Numbered from the stretch's first letter, positions 9,930 through 21,402 are shown. The stretch: 64,000 bases of DNA from Gemmatimonadota bacterium (GCA_039591655.1 JBDHDE010000015.1:1-64000), one strand, 5' to 3'. Made by a program: numbers and translations. Notes: a model not told the origin generated them from the sequence alone.

Positions 9930-10019
9930 CACTCTGGACGCTGGGCCGGAGTACCCCGCTTCGAGCCCGCCCGGGGCGGGTGGTCGCATCTAAGGTGCGG
10001 CATCCAGCTTCCCTACGGA

Positions 10020-10055
10020 TGGGGCCCCAAGTGGTACCCCAAACCGTGCGAGTCT
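10020..10055 (+). repeat. 36-bp imperfect direct repeat, copy 2
   Basis: TGGGGCCCCAAGTGGTACCCCAAACCGTGCGAGTCT; matches 5891-5926. Confidence 0.8.
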
Positions 10056-10325
10056 GAGTGAATCTGCGCTTAGCTCCGGGTACGTTGGGGCCCGTTTGGA
10101 CGGACCTACTACCAGTTCGACATGGTGTTCTTCGAGGAAGTCGAGGACGAGAACGGTAACGCCTTCTATGAGGTCGTGGACAGCCCGGATGGGGCGGACG
10201 TGGTGGAGTTGGAGGCGAGCTAGCGCCGGCCTGGTTTGGCCCAGCCTCCTGGGCGTGGATGAAGCCGGCCGGGTGTCTCTGCTCCTCATGACACGCACGC
10301 CCTGACATGCTATCATTCCGGCAAC

Positions 10326-11057
10326 GTGGCTGAGCACTATCTGCTGGTCACCGACCCGCCCCACCGGGACGCGGACCAGGAAACCGCCGCAAAGTGCCTC
10401 GGGTGGTCCGTGGCGGAGGTCCGCGCGCGGTTGCCCCACCCCGCTCCGGAAATCTGGCATGCCGAGTTGGACGCCGACGGCGCCCGCGACAAGGCCAAGC
10501 TCCTCATCGGCGCCGGCTTCAAGATGGCGCTGGTTCGGGGTCAGGTGCTGGCCGCAGTGCCGGCCGCGGATCCGGTGAGCGCCATCTCACTCTCGGATGG
10601 GGGTTTCTCGCTCGCCACGTCTTCGGGCACTCTGGAAGTGCCGCGGGAGGCGCACGTTGTGGCGGTGGTGGCGCACCCCAAGGAGGTGCTTCCGGAGACG
10701 CTGCACCCGGGAGAGGATGAAGTGCCGGCGGCCCTGTTCGTGGACGTCTACGTCCAAGCCGGAAAGCGCTGGCGCGCAGGGCGGCTCGAGGCCACCCACG
10801 TCGAGTTCTCGGGTCTCGGAGTGCTGAAGCAGGCCACCGCAGCAGCCAACGTGCGGATCATCACCGACGAGCTGGAGGCCAGGTTCTCAGACGCGCAGGT
10901 GGACCAGCGCCTGATGCACGTGAACTACCGCCACGCCAACGTCAGCGGCCGCACGATGCCGGAGCTCCTCACTGCAATCTCTCCCAAGCTCCAGGAGTGC
11001 GGCCGCTTCGACCTCGCCTCCCGCCTCGTATTCCTCACGGCGCTGACGGCGAAGTAG
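10326..11057 (+). CDS. Hypothetical protein (243 aa)
   Basis: Long ORF with host-like GC-rich third positions filling the gap; GTG start; no recognised motif. Confidence 0.7.
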   Translation: MAEHYLLVTDPPHRDADQETAAKCLGWSVAEVRARLPHPAPEIWHAELDADGARDKAKLLIGAGFKMALVRGQVLAAVPAADPVSAISLSDGGFSLATSSGTLEVPREAHVVAVVAHPKEVLPETLHPGEDEVPAALFVDVYVQAGKRWRAGRLEATHVEFSGLGVLKQATAAANVRIITDELEARFSDAQVDQRLMHVNYRHANVSGRTMPELLTAISPKLQECGRFDLASRLVFLTALTAK

Positions 11058-11118
11058 CCGCCGGCGTCTACGAGTCCCGACTGAATCGCTCCCGAGAGGC
11101 ACACAGCAAGCGAGCCCG

Positions 11119-12639
11119 CTACTCCTGTCGCTCGAACCTCCCGAAGCCCTGCACCTCCACCGCCGCCACCTTGCCACTGCGGTTCACGTGGAAGCTCACG
11201 AAGTCCTCGCCCAGGTACCTGTCCCGCCAAGTGGCGCGAAACGTGTTGTAGTGCCAGTGCTCGAGGTCCCCCACGAAGTAGGGCCCGACATGGATCACGA
11301 GCCCGTCGCCCGCTTCCTCGACGACGGCGGTGCCGTAGAGTTCACTCTCAAAGGTGCCGGCGTAGTCGCCAATGGGATGGGTCGGCTCCGTCTCAGCGGC
11401 GCGTTCGCTCTCCCGGCTCTCCCGCGCTGAGTCAGCCCGCGCTCTCGACCTTTCCGCCGCCGCGAGGTACACCTCGTTCCAGTCCTTGTCCTGGGGGCCG
11501 AGGTAGGCGTCTACCACGTGCCACACTATAGCCTGGGGCACTCGGCCCTCGTTGACGTTGGTGATGGCTACGATCCCGAGCTGCTCCTCGGGAACCAGGA
11601 GCACGTGGGTGCGCATGCCATCCAGGGCTCCACCGTGCCGCACGATCAGGCGCCCGCGGTAGTCCATGAGTCGCCAACCGAGACCATAGGCGCTGAAGTG
11701 GGTCTCGGGGAACATCTCCTCGTCCCGCGTGCTGCGGCGCACGATGGTCTGGGGGGTGTGCATCTCCTTGATCACGCTGTCTGAGATCAGGCGCTCTCCC
11801 TCGTACATCCCCTCGCCCAGCTGGAGCCGGATCCACTGCGCCAGGTCGAGCACGCTGGAATTGATGGCGCCGGCGCCGCCTAGGTTGTCGAAGTTGCGCC
11901 AGGCAATCGGGGTCACCTCGCCGTCGATCTTGCCGTGGGGCGTGGCGACATTGGACCCGCCTTCCAGGTCGCGGATGGTGGTCATCGAGTTTCGCATGCC
12001 CAACGGAGTGAAGATCCGCCGGCTCACGAACTCGTCCCAGGTGGTGTCGGTGACGGCGTTGATGACCTCGCCCGCCGTGGTGAACATGATGTTCTGGTAG
12101 CCGTAGCGTGCGCGGAAGCTCCACGAGGGCTTCAGCTCGCGGACCTGGTGTATCACCTCATCGCGCTCGAGGGGCGAGGCGTACCACAACAGATCGCCCC
12201 TCTGCAACCCACTCCGGTGGCTGAGCAGATCCCGCACCGTCATCTCCCGTGTCACGTACGGGTCATGGAGCCGAAAGTCCGGAAGGTGGTCGATCACGCG
12301 ATCGTCCCAGCGCAGCCGGCCGGCGTCCACCAGCATCCCGAGGGCCGCCGCGGTGAACGCCTTGCTGGTGGAGGCAATGGCGAACACGGTCTCCTCGTCC
12401 ACTGGCTCTGCGCGGCCCAGCTCCCGGACGCCCCATCCTCGCGCGAGCACCACGCGGTCGTCCTTCACGACGGCGACGGCGATGCCGGGAGCCTCCCAGT
12501 CGCCAATCACCGTGCGCACGTACTCGTCCAAGTCGTCGAGGGGGCTCTCCTGAGCACGGCCATCGTGAGGCACTACGGCGAGGAGTCCCAGGCATCCCAT
12601 GACCGTCGCCGTGAACCGCGCCAGTGTGCGGATCGACAT
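11119..12639 (-). CDS. Exported serine hydrolase, beta-lactamase/AmpC-like family with DUF3471-type C-terminal domain
   Basis: Signal peptide; SxxK (IASTSKAF), LLSHRSG, YxN (YQN), HGG; GDYAGTF..ELYG. Confidence 0.92.
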   Translation of the reverse strand: MSIRTLARFTATVMGCLGLLAVVPHDGRAQESPLDDLDEYVRTVIGDWEAPGIAVAVVKDDRVVLARGWGVRELGRAEPVDEETVFAIASTSKAFTAAALGMLVDAGRLRWDDRVIDHLPDFRLHDPYVTREMTVRDLLSHRSGLQRGDLLWYASPLERDEVIHQVRELKPSWSFRARYGYQNIMFTTAGEVINAVTDTTWDEFVSRRIFTPLGMRNSMTTIRDLEGGSNVATPHGKIDGEVTPIAWRNFDNLGGAGAINSSVLDLAQWIRLQLGEGMYEGERLISDSVIKEMHTPQTIVRRSTRDEEMFPETHFSAYGLGWRLMDYRGRLIVRHGGALDGMRTHVLLVPEEQLGIVAITNVNEGRVPQAIVWHVVDAYLGPQDKDWNEVYLAAAERSRARADSARESRESERAAETEPTHPIGDYAGTFESELYGTAVVEEAGDGLVIHVGPYFVGDLEHWHYNTFRATWRDRYLGEDFVSFHVNRSGKVAAVEVQGFGRFERQE

Positions 12640-12672
12640 CGGGTGTCCTCCTGCGAGAGACGGGGCGATGCG

Positions 12673-12700
12673 CGAGAGGGCGAGCTCGCTCGCCCTCTCG
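12673..12700. terminator. Perfect GC-rich inverted repeat between two minus-strand genes
   Basis: CGAGAGGGCGAGC-TC-GCTCGCCCTCTCG; no clear U-tract. Confidence 0.45.
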
Positions 12701-12733
12701 GCCTGTGGGATCGGATGGAAGATACTTCGCCGG

Positions 12734-13297
12734 CTAGAACTTGCCGAACTTGAGCTGGACGACGCCGGTGAAGGAGTCGAGGTCGTTGGAGCGTAGCGCC
12801 GGCGTATCGATGTCGGTCACCCAGAGGTAAGTGCCGCCGATGGCGAGCCGCATGAACGGCGCCACGTTGAGCTCGAGGTTGAGCGCCGGCTCTAGCACGA
12901 ACACCGCGTCAGTGGGCTCGAAGTACGGCGTCACGCCGCCCCCTCCTATCAGGGCACCGAAGGTCGCGTGCACCAGGCTGTTCGACAGCACGATGAACTC
13001 GAGGTCGAGCCCGCCGTAGCCGAACTCCAGCTGGCGACCTACGAACCGCTGGTCGAGCCGGATGTCGCTGGCCAGACCGTAGCCTCCGGCCCCCAGCACG
13101 ACCGTGTGATTGATGATCCAGCCGCCGCGCCCACCTGCGTACACCGCGAACTGGTCCACGGCGCTGGCGAACTTGACCACCGGCGCGCCGAAGCCGCCGG
13201 ACTCAATGCCGCCGCCGACCAGCGTTTGCTCCTGCGCTGCCGCAGGAAGTGCCACTACGGCTGCCAACACGAAGGAAATAAGCACGCCTCTCATCAC
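12734..13297 (-). CDS. Small outer-membrane beta-barrel-like protein
   Basis: Signal peptide (AAA-QE), alternating Gly/aromatic strands, C-terminal FGKF. Confidence 0.75.
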   Translation of the reverse strand: MMRGVLISFVLAAVVALPAAAQEQTLVGGGIESGGFGAPVVKFASAVDQFAVYAGGRGGWIINHTVVLGAGGYGLASDIRLDQRFVGRQLEFGYGGLDLEFIVLSNSLVHATFGALIGGGGVTPYFEPTDAVFVLEPALNLELNVAPFMRLAIGGTYLWVTDIDTPALRSNDLDSFTGVVQLKFGKF

Positions 13298-13436
13298 AGC
13301 TCCTTGCTGAGGCCCCCGGTTGCAGCCCCCCGTATGGCGCCTCTACCCCCGGGGTGCGGAAAAGTGTCAGCGGTCGGCCGACGCCAAGCGTGAGCATGAT
13401 CGGTGCAGCCCGCGCGGGACGGACCGGGTCAATCTT

Positions 13437-13530
13437 ATGGCAATATCGGATGTCCCGAGCGTTCTGAATTCCGCATTGATTGGTCGGTATTCCCTCGAGA
13501 GCGTCGTAGGCCACAGGGCGGCCCCCCCTA
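13437..13530 (+). pseudogene. 5' remnant of a Ser/Thr kinase gene
   Basis: MAISDVPSVLNSALIGRYSLESVVGHRA resembles the starts of the kinases at 14391 (LAGRYSLERELGRGG) and 36298 (LADRYALERIVGRGG), then similarity stops. Confidence 0.55.
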
Positions 13531-13550
13531 CCTCCCGGAGCCGAATAGCG

Positions 13551-13583
13551 GGCAGCCGGCCCGCGTGGTGCGAGCCGGCTGCC
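13551..13583. terminator. Strong hairpin downstream of the 13633 gene
   Basis: GGCAGCCGGC...GCCGGCTGCC 10-bp perfect arms; a second hairpin follows at about 13587-13615. Confidence 0.45.
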
Positions 13584-13632
13584 TTAGCTCGGGCGCGTCT
13601 CCCCCGCGCGCGAGCCCCCGTTTGCCAGGCGA

Positions 13633-14257
13633 TTAGAACGCGAACATCAAGCCGCCCGACACTTCACCTTGGCTGATGAGGGTCCCGGTGGTACTCACGA
13701 AGCAGCCCCCGGGGACCGTGCAGAACCACTCGCTCCCGCTCGAGAGGAAGGTGAACCACCAGCGGGCCTGGGCCCGGATCCCCACCCGCTTGGTGGGGAG
13801 GATCTTCACGCCCGCGCCGAGGCTCCCGGAAAAACGCCACTCGCTGGAGCGCCCCGCGGTCTTGGGGTCGTACCACGTCAGACCGAAGGTGAGGGCGGCA
13901 AAGGGCTGCGCCGGCCCCCGCACCGGTGCCACTCCCATGCCTCCGACCTGGAAGTAGTTGACCGCCAGGCCGCCCAGTGAGCTGTCGGGGCCGACACGGT
14001 CGGTGAGGGTCGCCTCGGTGTCCTGCCGGAGATACAGCAGCACGATCTCGCCGCCCCGGCGCGCCACGATGTCGATCTCGCCACCGTAGCTCAGGTCGGG
14101 CTCGATCTTGATGCGACCGCGGCCGGTGTTGAGACTGCCCCGAGATGTCGCCCTTGCGCCCCGGCTCCGCCGGGCGCACGCCCCGCCACTGCGCCCAGGC
14201 ATCGGTGGGGATCATCAGGATCGCGAGCGTGACGACCAGCAGCGATTTCCCCTTCAT
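13633..14257 (-). pseudogene. Outer-membrane beta-barrel protein, frameshifted near 14138-14141
   Basis: RBS plus signal peptide MKGKSLLVVTLAILMIPTDAWAQ in one frame; barrel body (SLNTGRGRIKIEPD...GGLMFAF) in another. Confidence 0.7.
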
Positions 14258-14390
14258 GCGGCTCCCTCCCATATTCCGGACTGTGTACATCTGAAACGCG
14301 CCCGCGCATGATGGCGTAATGGAGGCGGAAGCACAATATGTCACGTGCCAGCGCTGAAGGAGCACAAGTGAGCAGTAGCAGGGCACCGAG

Positions 14391-15943
<1,553 letters not shown>

Positions 15944-15947
<4 letters not shown>

Positions 15948-16738
15948 AACTCCTCTCTCTCAAACCTCCACAGCGCCACCAGCACGCACAGCAGCGTCCA
16001 CAGCACCGTAGTGATCACGGGCAGGTACCAGCCGTCCGGCAGCGACCGCTCCATGCCGGCGAGGGCGGCGAGGCTGGGAAGCGCCCAGGGCAGCCACTCC
16101 ATCAGAGACGGGAAGAAGTTGGGCAGGATCAGCCCGGCAAAGAGGAACCCGATGGCTACGCCCGAGATGGCGCCGCGCCCGCGGAACAGGGTGCCCAGGA
16201 CCAGCGTGAACGCCAGGTAGAACGTCAGGTGCAAGACGTGGAGCGACAGGCCCCCCAGGAACGGCACGAGCGGTGGCTGCATCCACGCATGCAACAGGCT
16301 CTGGAGGTAGAGCACCACGGTGGGGATGACCACGGCGAGGAACAGGAACGATAGCCCGTTCACCAGCAGCTTGGAGAGGAGGAACGCCGGCCGAGTGAGG
16401 GGCTTCGAGAGCACCCACTCTGCCGTGCCGAGTTGACGCTCTCCCAGCACGGCACTCTGCGTGGAGACCACGACGCCGATCGTGGCGAACAGTCCCCCCA
16501 CCCGCAGGAACACCTGGATCAACTCGGCCAGCGTCTCGTAGGGGTTGTGGCCTCGGGCGACGGATTCGTCGGTCCCCACCAGGAACAGGAAGGCGTTGAT
16601 CACGGTCAGCCATAGCAGCAGGTGGACCAACCCGCGGCGGGTGCGCCACCAGGAGGCGTACTCCTTGTCCACCATGTTGCCGAAGCCGACGAGCCACCCG
16701 CGGTCGGTGACCGGCTCCAGCGGCACGCTAACTGCCAT
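15944..16738 (-). CDS. ABC-2 type transporter permease
   Basis: Six hydrophobic segments; GERQLGTAEWVLSKPLTR..FLLSK; C-terminal WRFEREEF; overlaps the ATPase stop. Confidence 0.9.
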
Positions 16739-17684
16739 TGCCGTTCCCCTCCACGAGGTCCATGAAGACGTCCTCGAGCTTGTAGGTGAGCCGGCCGAAC
16801 CGGGTCACGGTGGTTTGCTCGTCGGCCAGCATGAGTCTCAGTAGCTGCTCCTCGGCGGCCCTGTCGTCGGAGACCGACACATGCCACTCCACCGTGTCCG
16901 TGTCCGGGACCACGTGGATGTCGGCCACCCAAGACTGGTCCCTGAGGCGCGCCCGGGCAGCGGCCGCATCGCCCCGCAACTCGATGGCGTAGACTGTCCC
17001 GCGGCTCCCGGCCAGCAACTCCTCGATGGATGCTTGTGCGATCAGCTCGCCTTCGTTCAGGATTGCGACCGTGTCGCTCACCCGCTGCACGTCGTCCAGG
17101 ATGTGGGTGGAGTAGAACACGGTGGAGTGCTCCCGCAGCTTCTCCATGATTGCCAGGACGTCCCTACGGCCCATGGGGTCTAGGGAGGCCGCCGGCTCGT
17201 CGAGGATGAGCAGGTCTGGCTTGTTGACCTGCGCCTGGCCGATGCCCAGGCGCTGCCGCTCGCCGCCCGAGAAACCCTCGATGGGGCGGTCCGCCTTGTC
17301 GGCCAGGCCCACGAGTTCGAGGGTGTCGCTGACCCGCTCCGCGATGCTCTCCTTGGGGCCCTCGTAGAAGAACCTGGCTGTGAAGCGGAGGATCTCCCGG
17401 GCCGACATGTACTCGTAGTAGTGAGGCTCCTGGACCAGGTACCCGATGCGCCGGCGCACGTCGATGGTGTCTCCCACGATGTCGTGATCGAATACCGCCG
17501 CCGAGCCACTGGTGGGTCGCACCAGCCCGAGGAGCAACTTGATGGTCGTGGTCTTCCCGGCGCCGTTGGGACCCAGGAAGCCGAAGATCGAGTTGCGCGG
17601 CACCTCCAGGTCGAGGGACTTGAGTGCCTGCACGCCGTTGAAGGACTTGGTCAGCTTCTCGGTTCGGATGACCGTATCGGACAC
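16728..17684 (-). CDS. ABC transporter ATP-binding protein
   Basis: Walker A GPNGAGKTT, FSGGERQR, LILDEP, STH. Confidence 0.96.
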   Translation of the reverse strand: MSDTVIRTEKLTKSFNGVQALKSLDLEVPRNSIFGFLGPNGAGKTTTIKLLLGLVRPTSGSAAVFDHDIVGDTIDVRRRIGYLVQEPHYYEYMSAREILRFTARFFYEGPKESIAERVSDTLELVGLADKADRPIEGFSGGERQRLGIGQAQVNKPDLLILDEPAASLDPMGRRDVLAIMEKLREHSTVFYSTHILDDVQRVSDTVAILNEGELIAQASIEELLAGSRGTVYAIELRGDAAAARARLRDQSWVADIHVVPDTDTVEWHVSVSDDRAAEEQLLRLMLADEQTTVTRFGRLTYKLEDVFMDLVEGNGNGS

Positions 17685-17914
17685 TGCGCGCTCCTTGGTC
17701 GGGTGGGACAGCCGGGGGCAGCACCCCCTTGCAGAGTGCTACGGGCGGGGTCGGGCGGAGGTTTCGGGCGGCTTCGGCCCCGGGAGGGCGCCCGGTGATT
17801 GCCGTCACGGTCGGTTGGGGGCCGCCCGCGATCTTGGGGCAGCGCTGAATGGCCCCGGGGTCCGTGGGCGGACCCCGGGGCTCGTAGTCACCATTCTAGA
17901 CGGGGACGGAGCGT

Positions 17915-18595
17915 ATGGCGGATCGTGCCAAGGCGGCCCTGATGGTCGGCCTCGTCGCCGCGGTGGCCGGCGGCGTGATCTGGGCGCTGATCGTGGTGTC
18001 CACCGGGTACGAGGTCGGCTGGGTGGCGTGGGGCGTCGGCGGCTTGGTCGGTGGGGTGATGGCATGGGCTGCCCCTGTGCGGAGCCGGGCCCTGGGGGTT
18101 CGGGCCGGGGTGCTGGCAGCGGCGGGGCTCATCATCGGCAAGTGGCTGATTGTGGAGATCGGGGCGCCGTCCCAGCTGCAGTCCGAGATCATGGCGGACT
18201 CGTCGCTGCTGGCCCAGGCGGTCTTCATCGACATGATTGCCCACGAGGAGCTTCCCCCGGAGGTCCTCGAAGGCTTCGAAGCGGTGGACGAAGACGAAGT
18301 GTTGCCCGACAGCCTGGTCAGCCGCATCCACGAGGCGGTGGCCGAGCGCTCTGCCGGCATGAGCTATCAGGAGAAGGACTCCATTGCGGCGTTCTACGCG
18401 CATGTCGCCATTGCGGATCTGGGATTCGTGGAGCGAATCCTCGCCACCATGTCCGCGTGGGACCTGTTGTGGTTCTTCCTGGCCATCGGCACGGCCTGGA
18501 AGCTCACGACCGTGACGGCCACCCGGGAGGAGAAGGGGGTGGTCGCGGTGCGCGCCGCGGAGCCCGAGCGAGAGGAGCCGCCGGTGGGATCCTGA
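17915..18595 (+). CDS. Hypothetical membrane protein
   Basis: Three Gly-rich N-terminal TM segments (GGVIWA...GYEVGWVAWGVG) and C-terminal DLLWFFLAIGTAWK; GGAG RBS. Confidence 0.8.
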   Translation: MADRAKAALMVGLVAAVAGGVIWALIVVSTGYEVGWVAWGVGGLVGGVMAWAAPVRSRALGVRAGVLAAAGLIIGKWLIVEIGAPSQLQSEIMADSSLLAQAVFIDMIAHEELPPEVLEGFEAVDEDEVLPDSLVSRIHEAVAERSAGMSYQEKDSIAAFYAHVAIADLGFVERILATMSAWDLLWFFLAIGTAWKLTTVTATREEKGVVAVRAAEPEREEPPVGS

Positions 18596-18626
18596 GCCGG
18601 TTCGGTCCCCAGCACTACACAAAACG

Positions 18627-18653
18627 AACGCGGCCCCGAAGTGGGGCCGCGTT
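18627..18653 (-). terminator. Intrinsic terminator
   Basis: AACGCGGCCCC-GAAGT-GGGGCCGCGTT, followed on the minus strand by CGTTTTGT; lies between convergent genes. Confidence 0.75.
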
Positions 18654-18705
18654 GCGCTCTGGTATGGCCTTACCTACCTCCAGCGTGTGCCGGCCCGCGC
18701 CGCGC

Positions 18706-19356
18706 TCAGCGCTCCTCTTCCGCGGGGGGCGTCTCGGCCTGGCCGGCCTCGGCGCCCGCCGGCGCTCCGCCCAGGGAATCCCCTGCGCCCGGCACCCCCA
18801 GCGCCCCCTCACCCTCGCCCTGTGCCGCCCCCGCAGCCGGTGCCGCCGCCGCGGCGGCGCTGCACGACCAGAACGCCTGGTTCTTGGCATAGCCTACCCG
18901 GGGCAACAGCACCCCGGCGGTCAGGATGCCGCCCCAGGCGACTAGGGCCAGGGCGACGACGTGGGCGACGGGCTGGCGGCCCACCCACGAGCCCGCGACG
19001 GCCCAGACGGCCGACGCCAGTACTACGGCGACTCCGAACATATACGCGACCGTTCCGAAGCCGCAGTCGTGGGCGTAGGGCCACTGTGTGATGGCCACGC
19101 CCATGAGGATGCCCAAGGCCACCCGGCCCCACACCGCCGCCGCCGAGAGCCTGGGCACGAGCCGCATGGACCCCGGGGTCGCTGCCCGCATGGTGCCGCC
19201 GGGCGTCGCCGCCTGGAACATGGGCGGCGTGGGCTTGGTCCTGAACTCGGCGCCCTGGAGGCTCGGGTCGGCGTGGGGGAGCTTCTTCAGGAGGCGGTCG
19301 ACCATCTCGGCCTCGCTCTCCTTGCGGCGCTCCCTCGGCTTCTTCTCCTTTGGCAC
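18706..19356 (-). CDS. Hypothetical membrane protein (three TMs, charged N-terminus)
   Basis: GTG start with GGGGGAG RBS; DRLLKKLPHADP, QWPYAHDCG, LLPRVGYA. Confidence 0.75.
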   Translation of the reverse strand: MPKEKKPRERRKESEAEMVDRLLKKLPHADPSLQGAEFRTKPTPPMFQAATPGGTMRAATPGSMRLVPRLSAAAVWGRVALGILMGVAITQWPYAHDCGFGTVAYMFGVAVVLASAVWAVAGSWVGRQPVAHVVALALVAWGGILTAGVLLPRVGYAKNQAFWSCSAAAAAAPAAGAAQGEGEGALGVPGAGDSLGGAPAGAEAGQAETPPAEEER

Positions 19357-19396
19357 CCCGCTCCCCCTCGCTGCTCTGACGTGGTCTAGGACGAAC

Positions 19397-20161
19397 CTAC
19401 AACCTACGGCTCCGCACGCGGAAGTCCACGTTGTCCTTCACCCAGCGCCAGAGGTCCTCTTGGGCGTCCACCGGAGCGCCCGCCACCACCTGATCCCGCC
19501 AGCCGACCATTACCTGGTCGTCCACCGTCCACATCCGGACGCGGTTCCGCTCGATCTGCCGCTCCCAGTTCACAGACACCGTGGGGGTGGCGTACAGCAG
19601 GCGCACCGTCACGCTGCGGGAGATGTACTCCAACGGGTCGAGCACGATGGCCGCGTACCGCTCAGCCTCGGGCTGGCCCGCCTGGCTCGGCGCGTCGGGC
19701 ACGCCGTCGCTCAGGAGCACTACGTTCAGGGGCGCGAGGGTGAGCCCCTGCCGCTTAACCAGCGTCGCCACCCGGTCGAAGAAGATATTGAAGTCGGTGA
19801 ACGACTCCTCGGAGGGGTATAGCTCCCTCAGGTGCGTGGCTATCTCCGCCACGCTCTTGTTCTCGAAGGCGTGGATCGGCTGGAAGGACTTGGACTCGCC
19901 GGGCCGCTCGCCCCCCACCGAGCCGACGAATACCGCCGAGGGAGCGCTCAACTCCCCCAGGGCGTTCATGTGCCCGTACAGGTAATGCGCCGCGAAATCG
20001 ACGGCCTCGTCGTAGTGGTGTCGGAACGAGCCGCTCACGTCGATGCCGATGACGAGGGTCGAACGGGGTACGCCGGGGCGCTCAGAGGGGGCAGCGCACG
20101 CCGCGAGGACGGCGACCAGGGCCACGGCAACTCCCGCCTTCCATGGCTGGCCGGGTCTCAT
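19397..20161 (-). CDS. vWA-domain lipoprotein
   Basis: Lipobox LAAC; MIDAS DVSGS, FTD, VLLSDG; ATGA overlap with upstream gene. Confidence 0.8.
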   Translation of the reverse strand: MRPGQPWKAGVAVALVAVLAACAAPSERPGVPRSTLVIGIDVSGSFRHHYDEAVDFAAHYLYGHMNALGELSAPSAVFVGSVGGERPGESKSFQPIHAFENKSVAEIATHLRELYPSEESFTDFNIFFDRVATLVKRQGLTLAPLNVVLLSDGVPDAPSQAGQPEAERYAAIVLDPLEYISRSVTVRLLYATPTVSVNWERQIERNRVRMWTVDDQVMVGWRDQVVAGAPVDAQEDLWRWVKDNVDFRVRSRRL

Positions 20162-21402
20162 CGGGCACCTCCGAAATCGGAAAGGGTCTCCGGCTCACCC
20201 GAGGACCCAAACCGTGTCACGGCGAGGGCGTCGTCGATGCTGGTGAACGGGAGCCGGAAGAGCGGTTGCGAGCGGATCAACACCACGATCATGTTCACCG
20301 CGGCTGCAAAGAGCTGCATCACCGGCAGGGTGATCAACTCGAAACCCCGGCGCGCCTCCGCCTTGAACCACTCCACCTCTTCCTTGAGCGCTCGCACGGG
20401 ACCCCGCCACAGATCCGCCTCGGGCGCCGACGGCATCGCCGAGATCGGCGCGCCTTCCTTGATGGTGTCGCGGGCGAGGACGGCCAGCACTGCAGGCGTG
20501 CCGTAGCGTCCGAACAGGAACCAGGTCATGCCCCGGACGCCGACCCACCCGAACGAGGCCAGCGCGAGCGTCGACACGAGTCCGAGACGCACGCCCTCAT
20601 TGGTCTGCTGCGCGATCCAGGGTGTGATGGCATCGATCAGCTCGCGATACAGGAAGATGACCTCGAAGAACATCACCGATAGCTCTACGAGGACCATCTG
20701 GATGATCTCGCCGACCTTCCTGCTCGCGATGGCTTGTTGCAGCACTTGGATGCACGCGAAGCTGCCCAGGATCAGGAAGTACAGGAAGATCCAGAGCAGG
20801 GGTGCCACGAGCCGCGGGTTCGGCTCGTAGCCGGTGATCCCGGCCAGCACCTCCGACAAAGTCGGGCTCAGGGTGTACATGAAGATCGTGGCTTCCACGG
20901 CGCACCACACCATCAGCGCCATGAAGGCGACCCACGGCACCCCGGGCTTGAAGTAGTTGCGCGATGTCCAGTCGAGGAACGCCAGCGGCGAGCGGAACGT
21001 GCCTTTGATGCCGGCAACCAGGAGCTGGACCGCCAACCGTATGGTTGCCCAGATCCACCCGAGCAGCACGAAGGCGAACCGTAAGAGGCCGGCCCAGAAG
21101 AGCCAGATGCTCCGGCCCACGTCCCACCACCCCAGGAGGAGCGCGGTGAGGAAGCCTCCCCGCCTGGAGCGGAACGGGATGGTGTAGAGCGACACCATGG
21201 TGGACCACACCGCCGCCATGAGGAGCAGGATCGGCAGCATGATGAGCACGCGCTTGAGCATCACCTCGCCCAGGGTGTCGCCGTACCAGGCGAAGTTCAC
21301 CATCCGGGTGTGCCAGCCCGGGACCCACGCGATTGGCGTCAGCAGCAGATCAATGGTGCCGCGCCACTCGTTGGGGACGAAGTTCTGCGTCATGAAAAGC
21401 AT
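20158..21402 (-). CDS. Polytopic membrane protein of unknown function
   Basis: AAGGAG RBS before MLFMTQNF; multiple Trp-rich TM segments. Confidence 0.8.
   Translation of the reverse strand: MLFMTQNFVPNEWRGTIDLLLTPIAWVPGWHTRMVNFAWYGDTLGEVMLKRVLIMLPILLLMAAVWSTMVSLYTIPFRSRRGGFLTALLLGWWDVGRSIWLFWAGLLRFAFVLLGWIWATIRLAVQLLVAGIKGTFRSPLAFLDWTSRNYFKPGVPWVAFMALMVWCAVEATIFMYTLSPTLSEVLAGITGYEPNPRLVAPLLWIFLYFLILGSFACIQVLQQAIASRKVGEIIQMVLVELSVMFFEVIFLYRELIDAITPWIAQQTNEGVRLGLVSTLALASFGWVGVRGMTWFLFGRYGTPAVLAVLARDTIKEGAPISAMPSAPEADLWRGPVRALKEEVEWFKAEARRGFELITLPVMQLFAAAVNMIVVLIRSQPLFRLPFTSIDDALAVTRFGSSGEPETLSDFGGAR

Noticed and set aside
9950..9990. TTCGAGCCC as a tRNA T-arm or attR copy of tRNA-Lys
   Set aside because: No cloverleaf and no identity to the tRNA-Lys 3' end; just a GC hairpin after the permease
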